Of a stretch of 35,286 bases of DNA, positions 1-9,791 are shown piece by piece. The stretch comes from Opitutales bacterium. GTDB taxonomy: Bacteria > Verrucomicrobiota > Verrucomicrobiia > Opitutales > Opitutaceae. Made by a program: the position numbers and the translations under genes. Each line of letters opens with the position of its first letter. Positions within the stretch are counted from its first letter, which is position 1. The stretch covers positions 1 to 35,286 of the forward strand of contig JBBRHC010000001.1 of the NCBI GenBank assembly GCA_038223295.1. The letters run 5' to 3'. The notes under the pieces are model-generated. The model did no database searches. It was not told the DNA's origin and worked only from the letters and a program-made list of their open reading frames with translations.

Positions 1-1
1 T

Positions 2-469
2 GGCATCGAGCTGCTCAAGAACGTCCGGGCGCTGCTCCCCGATCTCCCCGTGCTCATCATGTCCATGCACGACGAAAGCCTCTACGGCGAACGCGCCCTG
101 CGCGCCGGCGCCAAGGGCTACGTCATGAAACACGAGGCCAGCGAGCGCATCCTCGTCGCCATCCGCGCCGTCTTGGACGGCGACCTCTACCTGAGCGAAA
201 AGATGAAGGAGAAAATGCTGCACCGCCTCGTCCGCAGCAAAAAGAACGAAGTCGTTTTCACCATCGACACGCTCAGCGACCGCGAGATGGAAGTGTTTCA
301 ACTCATCGGCAACGGCTTCGGCACCCGCCAGATCGCCGAGAAGCTCAATCTCAGCGTGAAGACCATCGACTCCTATCGCGAGCATCTGAAGTTAAAACTC
401 CGCCTGGAAAAAGGCTCCGACCTCGTGCGCCACGCCATCCAGTGGGTCCGCAGCGAGAGCGTGGTCTGA
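2..469 (+). CDS. NarL/FixJ (LuxR-HTH) response regulator, 5'-truncated by window edge
   Basis: Open frame from base 2 (GIELLKNVRALLPDLPVLIMSMHDE...GAKGYVMK) is a receiver C-terminal half; LSDREMEVFQLIGNG...IAEKLNLSVKTIDSYREHLKLKL is a LuxR HTH. Confidence 0.93.
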   Translation, partial: GIELLKNVRALLPDLPVLIMSMHDESLYGERALRAGAKGYVMKHEASERILVAIRAVLDGDLYLSEKMKEKMLHRLVRSKKNEVVFTIDTLSDREMEVFQLIGNGFGTRQIAEKLNLSVKTIDSYREHLKLKLRLEKGSDLVRHAIQWVRSESVV

Positions 470-558
470 GCCGAAAACCAGTATTCGGAAAAACATTACA
501 GCGCTTGCCGCTTGCCCCTCCGTGGCACGCCGCCGCAGGCAGCTAGCCTTCTTCCAGT

Positions 559-620
559 TAGGCGGACCGCTGGCTCAGCCGAATCCGATTTAAGATAGGG
601 CGGAACCGCTGGCTCAGCCG
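559..620 (+). repeat. Two direct copies of a REP-like unit TAGG(G)CGGA(A)CCGCTGGCTCAGCCG
   Basis: Near-identical copies at 559-581 and 596-620. Confidence 0.75.
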
Positions 621-699
621 CTCTCAGTTCGACCCTGATATGCGTTCGAGCACCATTCCGGATATTCGCCGCCCCCCACCGCGTGTAGGCTGACGATAC

Positions 700-773
700 T
701 TTCGGTGGTCGGTCGTGTTCACCACCCCTGGAGCGCGACGGCGGAAGTCCCCGTTCAGCCGCGACCACCGAAA
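700..773 (+). ncRNA. Candidate structured RNA (three-way junction), family unknown
   Basis: Perfect 12-bp closing stem TTTCGGTGGTCG/CGACCACCGAAA enclosing two further hairpins (712-739 with G-U pairs; 740-760). Confidence 0.35.
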
Positions 774-828
774 ATTTTCCTTTCCCCGCAACCTTCCTGA
801 CGCCGACTCCACCCGCCCGCTCTTCAGT

Positions 829-855
829 GTAGGGCGGGGTCGCCGCATCCCGCCG
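829..855 (+). repeat. GTAG-type REP-like hairpin
   Basis: GTAGGGCGGGGTCGCCGCATCCCGCCG: GTAG tetramer followed by a GGCGGG/CCCGCC stem. Confidence 0.6.
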
Positions 856-1134
856 CTCCGGAATACGCGCGAGATTCGCGCTCCACCTTCGTTTGGGATT
901 TTCCCGAGGAATCGCACCGGGGCTCCCTCGCTTTCTCGCGACCGAGCTCGCCGATACGCTGCCTGTCATGATCCCATTCGCACCGTGTCCGCCTTCGTAT
1001 ACCTTCGCCTTCGACTTGGCCTTCGCATCCGCCTTCGCGCCCCCTCGCATCCTCGCCTCGGACCCGAACCCAAGCCCCGCTCTTCGCGTCCCGCCTAGCC
1101 GCGCCGCCTCCGTCTCCACCCCCGGAGGTGCCCG

Positions 1135-3321
<2,187 letters not shown>

Positions 3322-3349
3322 TTCCGCTTCGTTGAATTACAGACAAGGC

Positions 3350-3413
3350 CGCAAAAGGCGCGGAAGTCGCAAAAGGAAGGATCGGTTTTGCGTATTTTGA
3401 GCGTTTTTCCCGC
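3350..3413. repeat. 9-bp-periodic imperfect inverted repeat
   Basis: CGCAAAAGGCGCGGAAGTCGCAAAA ... TTTTGCGTATTTTGAGCGTTTTTCCCGC. Confidence 0.6.
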
Positions 3414-3583
3414 CTCTTCTCCGAGCGTGGTTTTAGCTTTAACCCAGACCCGGAAAGCACCCCTACCGTTGCTCGCGGGAACCACATCCGGAAGGGGCCG
3501 GTGGGCTTCTGGGGATATCCACCAAGCCACGCGACGCATGCGGCCCGATTTTGAAAAAACCCGTCACGTGGCAAAGTGACGGC

Positions 3584-4456
3584 GTGCCCACCAAAACCGA
3601 ACCTTCCACCCAGTTGAGGCCGGCCCAAACCCAATCCCACCAACCCGGCCACGAATCCGAAATGCGCCCCGAGCCCCGGAGTGAGCGCTCGGAACTACGC
3701 GGCTCCGGACGCCTCGCGGGCAAGGTTGCGCTCATCACCGGGGGTGACAGCGGCATCGGTCGCGCGGCGGCCTACGCCTTTGCCCGTGAAGGCTCCGATG
3801 TCGCGGTCGCCTACCTCGACGAGACGGACGACGCGCTGACCACCCAGGCGCGTATCGTGGAGCTCGGTCGCCGCTGCCTGCTCCTTCCGGGCGACGTCGG
3901 CGAGAGCGCCGTGTGCGAGAAGCACGTCCGCGCCGTGCTCGCGGAGTTTTCCCGGCTCGATATCCTCGTCAACAACGCCGCCGAGCAACACCCGTGCGAG
4001 TCCCTCACCGACATCGATGACGCGCAGCTCGAGCGCACCTTCCAGACCAACATCTTTTCCTATTTCCGTCTCACCCGCGCCGCCCTGCCTCACCTCAAAA
4101 AAGGCGCCGCGATCATCAACACCACCTCCGTCACCGCCTATCGCGGCAGCCCCGAGCTCATCGATTATTCGTCCACCAAGGGGGCGATCGTTTCCTTCAC
4201 CCGCTCGCTCGCGCTTTCGTTGGCCAAGGAGGGCATACGGGTAAACGCCGTCGCCCCTGGCCCGGTGTGGACGCCCCTCATACCCGCCTCGTTTCCCGCC
4301 GAGGAAGTCGCCGAGTTCGGCTCCGACGTCCCGCTGAAGCGCGCCGGCGAGCCCGCCGAGATCGCCGAGGCCTACGTTTTTTTGGCCGCCGCCGACTCCA
4401 GTTACATGACCGGCCAGGTGCTGCACCCCAACGGCGGCGAAATCATCAATGGTTAA
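3584..4456 (+). CDS. SDR family oxidoreductase, general-stress YhdF/YdaD/YghA type (start GTG 3584 or TTG 3551)
   Basis: N-terminal Q-x-x-QPG-x-ESEM-x-PEP, TGGDSGIG, NNAAEQ, catalytic YSSTK, C-terminal HPNGGEIING. Confidence 0.92.
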   Translation: MPTKTEPSTQLRPAQTQSHQPGHESEMRPEPRSERSELRGSGRLAGKVALITGGDSGIGRAAAYAFAREGSDVAVAYLDETDDALTTQARIVELGRRCLLLPGDVGESAVCEKHVRAVLAEFSRLDILVNNAAEQHPCESLTDIDDAQLERTFQTNIFSYFRLTRAALPHLKKGAAIINTTSVTAYRGSPELIDYSSTKGAIVSFTRSLALSLAKEGIRVNAVAPGPVWTPLIPASFPAEEVAEFGSDVPLKRAGEPAEIAEAYVFLAAADSSYMTGQVLHPNGGEIING

Positions 4457-4478
4457 CGTCCGATCCTCCTTCCCTCCC

Positions 4479-5858
4479 ATGAAAATCCTCCTTGTCGGTG
4501 ACGAGGCCCGGATGCGCCGTCTCCTCTCCTTCGGCCTCGCGGCCGCGTTTGACGAACCCGCCGCCGTCAGCTCCCTCGTGGAGCTGGGTCGCCTCCCCGC
4601 CCTTCGCAGCTATGACGCCGCCTTGCTTGATTGGGAAATGCGCACCGAGCGCGCGCTCGTCATGCTCTCCCGTTTGCGCTGCCTGTCGCCCTCCCTGCCC
4701 GTCATCGTGCTCACGTCCCGCCCCCACCAGATCGAGGACGCCCGCGCCGCCGGGGCGTGCGACGCCCTGGTCAAACCCGTGGATATCGACGCCGCCCGCC
4801 AGGCCCTCGGCCGCGTCGCCCCGCCACGCGAACACAGCCAGACCGGCCCCCGCCCCCCGTTCCCCGCGTCCGCTCCCCGCCCCGGCGTATCCGCTTCCTC
4901 GATACCCACCCGCAGCCCGCTCGTGAGTCGGCAGCTCGCCATCGCCGCCAAGGTCGCGCCCACTCTGGCGAGCGTGCTGCTCCTCGGTGAAAACGGTACG
5001 GGTAAAACCCGTCTCGCCCGTTCCATCCATGACCAGAGCCCGCGCCACGCCCGGCCCTTCGTCACCGTAAACTGCCCCTGCCTCCAGGCCCAGTTGCTGG
5101 AGAGCGAGCTTTTCGGGCACGTGCGCGGCGCCTACACCGGCGCCGTATCCGACACCGGCGGTCTGGTCGCGGCCGCCGAGGCCGGCACCCTCTTCCTCGA
5201 CGAGGTGGGCGAGCTGCCCCTCTCCCTCCAGCCGAAGCTCCTCCGCCTCCTCCAGGAGCGCAGCTACGAACGCGTCGGCGAGGCGCGCACCCGCCAGGCC
5301 GATATCCGCGTCATCGCCGCGACCAACCGCGATCTGCGCGCCGACGTCGCCGCCGGGCGCTTTCGGGAAGACCTCTATTATCGGCTCAACGTCATCGCCA
5401 TCGAGATGCCCGCCCTGCGCCAGCGCTCGGAGGACATCCTGCCCACCGCCGACCATCTACTGATCGAGTTCTGCAAAGACGCCGGTCGATCTTTGCGCGG
5501 CTTCTCCACCGAGGCCCGCATCGCCCTGCAACGCCACGGCTGGCCGGGCAATCTCCGCGAACTGCGCAACTGCATCGAGCGCGCCGCCATTCTTTGCGAG
5601 GGAGACATCGTGGGCCTCGGCGACTTGCCCGACCTGAGGGCCGACTCCTCCGCGCCCACCCCGCAGGTCGGGGATTTTGTCACCCTCGCCGCGCTCGAGG
5701 AGGCCCACATTCGCCGGGTGGTTGAGCGCACGGGCAGCTTCATGCAGGCCGCGCAGCTCCTCGGCATCAACAAAACCACCCTCTACCGCCGCCGCCGCCG
5801 GAGCGACGACGGCACCGTGCCCTTCGAGCAGGGCCTGCGCGACGCCCTCACCGCCTGA
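4479..5858 (+). CDS. Sigma54-dependent response regulator (REC-AAA+-Fis HTH), AlgB-like
   Basis: Receiver (LLDW, VLTS, VKP), Walker A GENGTGKT, VNCP, ESELFGHVRGAYTGA, Walker B FLDE, FREDLYYRL, WPGNLREL, HTH AAQLLGINKTTLYRR. Confidence 0.93.
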   Translation: MKILLVGDEARMRRLLSFGLAAAFDEPAAVSSLVELGRLPALRSYDAALLDWEMRTERALVMLSRLRCLSPSLPVIVLTSRPHQIEDARAAGACDALVKPVDIDAARQALGRVAPPREHSQTGPRPPFPASAPRPGVSASSIPTRSPLVSRQLAIAAKVAPTLASVLLLGENGTGKTRLARSIHDQSPRHARPFVTVNCPCLQAQLLESELFGHVRGAYTGAVSDTGGLVAAAEAGTLFLDEVGELPLSLQPKLLRLLQERSYERVGEARTRQADIRVIAATNRDLRADVAAGRFREDLYYRLNVIAIEMPALRQRSEDILPTADHLLIEFCKDAGRSLRGFSTEARIALQRHGWPGNLRELRNCIERAAILCEGDIVGLGDLPDLRADSSAPTPQVGDFVTLAALEEAHIRRVVERTGSFMQAAQLLGINKTTLYRRRRRSDDGTVPFEQGLRDALTA

Positions 5859-5902
5859 TATCCCCCGCCACGTTTTCCTGTATCCAAAATTCCCAAACAT
5901 AA

Positions 5903-6061
5903 ATGAGTACCTCCACCATCCTTCTCGTCATTCTCCTGCTCTTGGTCATCGGCGCGGTGCCCAGTTGGCCCTACAGCAAGGGCTGGGGCTACGGCCCGAG
6001 CGGCATCCTCGGCCTCATCCTGATCGTCCTCCTCATCCTCGCTGTGATGGGCCGCCTCTGA
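5903..6061 (+). CDS. DUF3309 family small membrane protein (52 aa; missing from ORF track)
   Basis: MSTSTILLVILLLLVIGAVPSWPYSKGWGYGPSGILGLILIVLLILAVMGRL carries the P-x-WPYS-x-x-WGYGPSG signature. Confidence 0.92.
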   Translation: MSTSTILLVILLLLVIGAVPSWPYSKGWGYGPSGILGLILIVLLILAVMGRL

Positions 6062-6105
6062 CCTCCCCTTTTTGTCCGTAACCATAAACCAAAACCAAAC
6101 CAGCC

Positions 6106-6441
6106 ATGAATACCTCCTACACCCCCGGCAGCTCCTCCCTCCCCGAATCGACCGATAGCACGGTCACCGAACTCAAGACCCTCCTCGCCGAGGCCGAACA
6201 AGTCCTATCCGACACCAGCGACACCGCCGCCTCCGGCATCGCATCGCTCCGCGACCGCACCCGTGCCGCCTTGGAAAAGGGACGTGAGACCGCCCACGTC
6301 GCCATGGAGGCGGCCAAACATCGCGCCGCCCAGGCCGACGCCGCCGTCCATGCCCACCCCTACATTGCCGTGGGCGTCGCCGCCGCCGTCGGTCTGCTGC
6401 TGGGCGCCTTGCTCACCCGCAGCCACGCCCGCTGCTCCTAG
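6106..6441 (+). CDS. DUF883 family (ElaB/YqjD/YgaM) tail-anchored membrane protein
   Basis: ELKTLLAEAEQVL helix; ADAAVHAHPYIAVGVAAAVGLLLGALL C-terminal anchor. Confidence 0.9.
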   Translation: MNTSYTPGSSSLPESTDSTVTELKTLLAEAEQVLSDTSDTAASGIASLRDRTRAALEKGRETAHVAMEAAKHRAAQADAAVHAHPYIAVGVAAAVGLLLGALLTRSHARCS

Positions 6442-6456
6442 GCCCCGGGTCGCCCC

Positions 6457-6876
6457 ATGAACCTGAAGACCTCGTTTCGTCTCCTCACCCGCGCCGGGCC
6501 CATCGCCCGCGCGGTGTTGGATGGCCTCGGCCACCGCGGCGAACTCGCCCTGCTCGAGCTGACGGCCGTTCGTGATCGCGCCCTCGCGATGGCGGCGCTC
6601 GGCGTGGGGGCCACCATTCTGGTTCTGCTCGCCGGCATGGCGGCCACCTTTGCCTTCGCCGCCGCCGTGTGGCACCTGCCGAACAGGGGTTTGCTTCTCG
6701 TCATCCTGACCGGCGTCGAGCTGCTGGGGGCGGCGCTGTGCCTTGCCCTCGCCTCGCGCAGCCTGCGTGACTGGCAGCCCTTCGCCGCCACCCTGCGTCA
6801 GTTGGAGGAGGACAAGACCTGCCTGCGCGATCTACTCCCGCCAGAAAAACCCGAGCCCGAAGCGCCCCGCCCATGA
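6457..6876 (+). CDS. YqjE-like (phage-holin-like superfamily) membrane protein
   Basis: RGELALLEL, two TM segments, PFAATLRQLEEDKTCL; directly follows the DUF883 gene as in yqjDEK. Confidence 0.82.
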   Translation: MNLKTSFRLLTRAGPIARAVLDGLGHRGELALLELTAVRDRALAMAALGVGATILVLLAGMAATFAFAAAVWHLPNRGLLLVILTGVELLGAALCLALASRSLRDWQPFAATLRQLEEDKTCLRDLLPPEKPEPEAPRP

Positions 6877-7145
6877 GCACCCCTGCTTACCCGCCCCACC
6901 CCGCCGCGTACGTCGATCCTGCGGTGCGACGCGAGCGCCTCCTCCTGCTCTGCGCGCTGGATCGCGCGCGCCTGCGCCTGATCATGCGCCCGACCCCGGA
7001 AAAGCCCGCTACAGCCGCGCATTGGGCCGACCAGGCCCGCTCCGCGCTACCCTGGCTCGCTCCCCTGGCCCCGATGCTCCTCGGCAGTTGGGCCCGCCCC
7101 CTCTCGGTCGGCCTCGGCCTATATCGCGCCTTCCGCCAGCGCTGA
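6873..7145 (+). CDS. YqjK-like hypothetical protein
   Basis: ATGA overlap with upstream gene; RRERLLLLCALDRARL resembles the YqjK N-terminus; synteny. Confidence 0.65.
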   Translation: MSTPAYPPHPAAYVDPAVRRERLLLLCALDRARLRLIMRPTPEKPATAAHWADQARSALPWLAPLAPMLLGSWARPLSVGLGLYRAFRQR

Positions 7146-7210
7146 CCCGGCCCACCCGTCGGCACACGATTCCTCGCCTTGTCCACTGGGAAATAGGGCG
7201 GAGAAAATGA

Positions 7211-7265
7211 CGACAAAAAGCACAGAAAACACAAAAGCCCCGGCCCGTTTTTGTGCCTTTTGTCG
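7211..7265. repeat. 9-bp-periodic inverted repeat between convergent genes
   Basis: CGACAAAAAGCACAGAAAACACAAAA ... TTTTTGTGCCTTTTGTCG. Confidence 0.7.
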
Positions 7266-7357
7266 CCAACCTCCGCAGAACGAGCGTCTCTGGCCAGCTC
7301 GGAGGTATTGAGAACCGAGTTTGATCGCACAATGCCCGGGCCCGGAGCCCGCCCGCC

Positions 7358-8776
7358 TTAATATAGCGGCGACAGCGGGCGTAAGGCGGCCTCCATCGCT
7401 TTCTCGCGCCAGGGGCGCTCGGCGAAGGTCTCGGCGACCACCTCCTGGCAATCGGCGAAATCTTTTTCCAACCGCGCGGACAGCTCCGCAGCCGCCTCCG
7501 GGTGGCGGGTGAGGACGCTGAGCTCGAAATTCACCCGCATGGAGCGGTTGTCGAGATTGGCCGAGCCGACGAGCAGCCAGTCCTCGTCGATCACCGCCGC
7601 CTTGGTGTGGTTGAGGGCTAGCGAGTATTCAAAAAGCCTTACGCCCGCCGCCAGCAACTGGTCGTAGAAGGAGCGGCCCATGCGCAGCAGCGCGGGGTGG
7701 TCGGTCTTTTCCGTGATGAGCAGGCGCACGTCCACGCCGCGCGCGGCGCAGAGCTCGAGCGCGGAGAGGATCGCACTGTTCGGCACGAAGTAACCGGTGG
7801 TGAGCCAGGCGCGTTTCCGTGCGTGATTGAGCAGGGCCATGATGGATTTTTGCATCGGCTCGGTGGGATCGTCCGGGCCGCCGGCCAGCACCAGCGCGGG
7901 AAACCCGGGCTGGCCGCGCGCATCCAGGTAGTAGTGCGGCTCCACCACCTGTTTGCCGGTGGCGAAATACCAGTCGTCCGCGAAACACTCCTGTAGGGTA
8001 CACGCTATTTGCCCGGTTAACTCCGCCTGGAGATCGCGCCAGGGGCCGACCTTTGGATCGCGCCCCTCGTATTCCAAACCCACGTTCATGCCGCCTACGA
8101 AGGCGATGCCGCCGTCGATGATCTGCACCTTGCGATGGTTGCGCAGGTTGAAGAGATAGCGGTTGCGCAGCGGATTGAGGGAAAGGAACCACGAGAACTC
8201 GCCTCCCGCCTCGACTAGCGGATCGAAGTGGCGGGAGCGGAGCAGCACCGAGCCCATCTCGTCGAGCAACACGCGCACCTCCACCCCGCGCCGCGCCGCC
8301 GCGACCAGGGCCTCGCGGAGGCGCCGGCCGCTCTCGTCGTCGCGCCAGATGAAGAACTGGATGTGTACGTGGTGGGTCGCGGCGGCGATGCGCGCGATCA
8401 GCGCATCATAAAACTCCCGCGCGGTGGGCAGCAGGCGCACACTATCCGCACTCGTGGGCGGGATGTTGTTCAGCCGCGCCAATACGCGGGCCAGCGACGC
8501 ATCGTCGGGCGGCACGGCGGCCAGCGCCTTGTCGCGACGCCCGTCGCGGCGTTCACGACGGAACTGGTCGAACCCCGCCCGTCGACGCAGGCGTTTGCGA
8601 CGCAGCCGATCCGCGCCCACGCCCCAATAGAGCAATGCGCCGATGTAGGGAAACAGCAGGATGGCCCAGGCCCACGCGAGAGTGGAGGCCGGCGGCTTTC
8701 GCAGAGAGATGAGGTGGACGAGCGCCACCGCCGCGATGAGGTAACCAAGGGAGGTGAACAGGCCCGAATCGGTCAT
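7358..8776 (-). CDS. cls: Cardiolipin synthase (PLD family)
   Basis: N-terminal two-TM PLDc_N (STLAWAWAILLFPYIGALLYW), HKD motifs HRKVQIID and HTKAAVID, GSANLDNRS; ATG at 8776. Confidence 0.94.
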   Translation of the reverse strand: MTDSGLFTSLGYLIAAVALVHLISLRKPPASTLAWAWAILLFPYIGALLYWGVGADRLRRKRLRRRAGFDQFRRERRDGRRDKALAAVPPDDASLARVLARLNNIPPTSADSVRLLPTAREFYDALIARIAAATHHVHIQFFIWRDDESGRRLREALVAAARRGVEVRVLLDEMGSVLLRSRHFDPLVEAGGEFSWFLSLNPLRNRYLFNLRNHRKVQIIDGGIAFVGGMNVGLEYEGRDPKVGPWRDLQAELTGQIACTLQECFADDWYFATGKQVVEPHYYLDARGQPGFPALVLAGGPDDPTEPMQKSIMALLNHARKRAWLTTGYFVPNSAILSALELCAARGVDVRLLITEKTDHPALLRMGRSFYDQLLAAGVRLFEYSLALNHTKAAVIDEDWLLVGSANLDNRSMRVNFELSVLTRHPEAAAELSARLEKDFADCQEVVAETFAERPWREKAMEAALRPLSPLY

Positions 8777-8792
8777 GGGTGAAGGCGGAGCG

Positions 8793-8828
8793 AAAAAAAG
8801 CGGGCGGGCCCCGGTGCGGGGCCCGCCC
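8793..8828 (-). terminator. Intrinsic terminator after the DUF4142 gene
   Basis: Perfect 12-bp stem GGGCGGGCCCCG/CGGGGCCCGCCC followed on the minus strand by GC + T7. Confidence 0.85.
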
Positions 8829-8894
8829 AGACCAGGCAGGGGAGGCAGACTGCGCAAACGACGTTCAGAAACAACGGGAACGAGGACGCGTGGC

Positions 8895-9518
8895 TTAATC
8901 CACCGACGCTTCCAGACTCTCGGCGCGGGCGAGGTGGCCCTTCATGATCGGCAACATCTTTTTCGCGTAGGCCGCGATCTGGGGCACGTCGGAATCGACG
9001 CCGTTCTCCAACGCGTCGATGGAGTCCTGGTGGCAATTGATCACCGCAACGAGGTAATCCCCGTCGAAATCGCCGCCCTTTTTCTCGGCCCACTTTTTCT
9101 GCTCTTCGCGGACCTCGGTGGCGTCGCGCTTCTCGATGTGCGCCTTCCGGCCGGCCACCAGCGCGGTCAGCTCCTCGTGGGCGCTTGTGTGCTCGCGGAC
9201 AAGTTGCGCGGCAAAGGCGCGCACCTGGGGATTCACCGCGCGGGTCTCCGCCATACGGGAGAGCATGAGCTCCTTCTCGCCCAGCCGGCTCGCCTGGGTG
9301 AGGAAGCGGCGGTCGGAGCGCTTCAGATCGTCCATGGGGCGGCCATCGTCGCGCCGGGCCTCGGGGGTTTTGCGCTCGTCGAGGCTTAGGGGCTGGGAGG
9401 GCATGGGCGCGGCGGGGTTCATCTGGGCGGCGAGCGGTGCGACCGCGGCGAGCAACAGGAACAAACCGGCGGACGCGCGGAGCGGAAGGGACCGGTACTC
9501 AGGGGTTGTCGTTTTCAT
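8895..9518 (-). CDS. DUF4142 domain exported protein
   Basis: Signal peptide; DRRFLTQA..G.KE..LSRMA....NPQVRAFAAQLVREHT, FDGDYL, AYAKKMLPIMKGHLARAESL. Confidence 0.88.
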   Translation of the reverse strand: MKTTTPEYRSLPLRASAGLFLLLAAVAPLAAQMNPAAPMPSQPLSLDERKTPEARRDDGRPMDDLKRSDRRFLTQASRLGEKELMLSRMAETRAVNPQVRAFAAQLVREHTSAHEELTALVAGRKAHIEKRDATEVREEQKKWAEKKGGDFDGDYLVAVINCHQDSIDALENGVDSDVPQIAAYAKKMLPIMKGHLARAESLEASVD

Positions 9519-9687
9519 GTCGTATCAGTTTACCCGATACGGCGTTCCCGTTGCATCGGGCCGACCGGGCCGACCGCCGTAGGGCGGGGCACCGGAGGAG
9601 GATATACCCAGTAGTCTATAACCTGTAAATTTCGCATCATTTCAGCGTTCCAAAAATTTTTTGGTCAAAGAGCATACAAGGCTCCGA

Positions 9688-9778
9688 CACAGCGAACACG
9701 GAGCCGGTCTGGCATACCGGTTCCGGTCTGTTTTTTCCTCCGTGACCTCCGTGTTCTAGCTCCGGCTCCGCTCCGTGG
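9688..9778. repeat. 9-bp-periodic inverted repeat
   Basis: CACAGCGAACACGGAG ... CTCCGTGACCTCCGTGTT ... CTCCGTGG. Confidence 0.6.
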
Positions 9779-9791
9779 CCAAATCCGATAA

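Noticed and set aside
523-537. TGGCACG as a sigma54 promoter
   Set aside because: GG-to-GC spacing is 9 rather than 10 nt and no nearby start
559-620. Possible mini CRISPR array
   Set aside because: Only two copies, 14-nt spacer, no cas genes; fits REP-like decay better
700-773. tRNA gene
   Set aside because: tRNA-sized, but only three helices and no TTCG T-loop, D-loop GG or CCA
9557-9574. 9-bp tandem repeat CGGGCCGAC x2
   Set aside because: Only two GC-rich copies; plausible by chance or slippage
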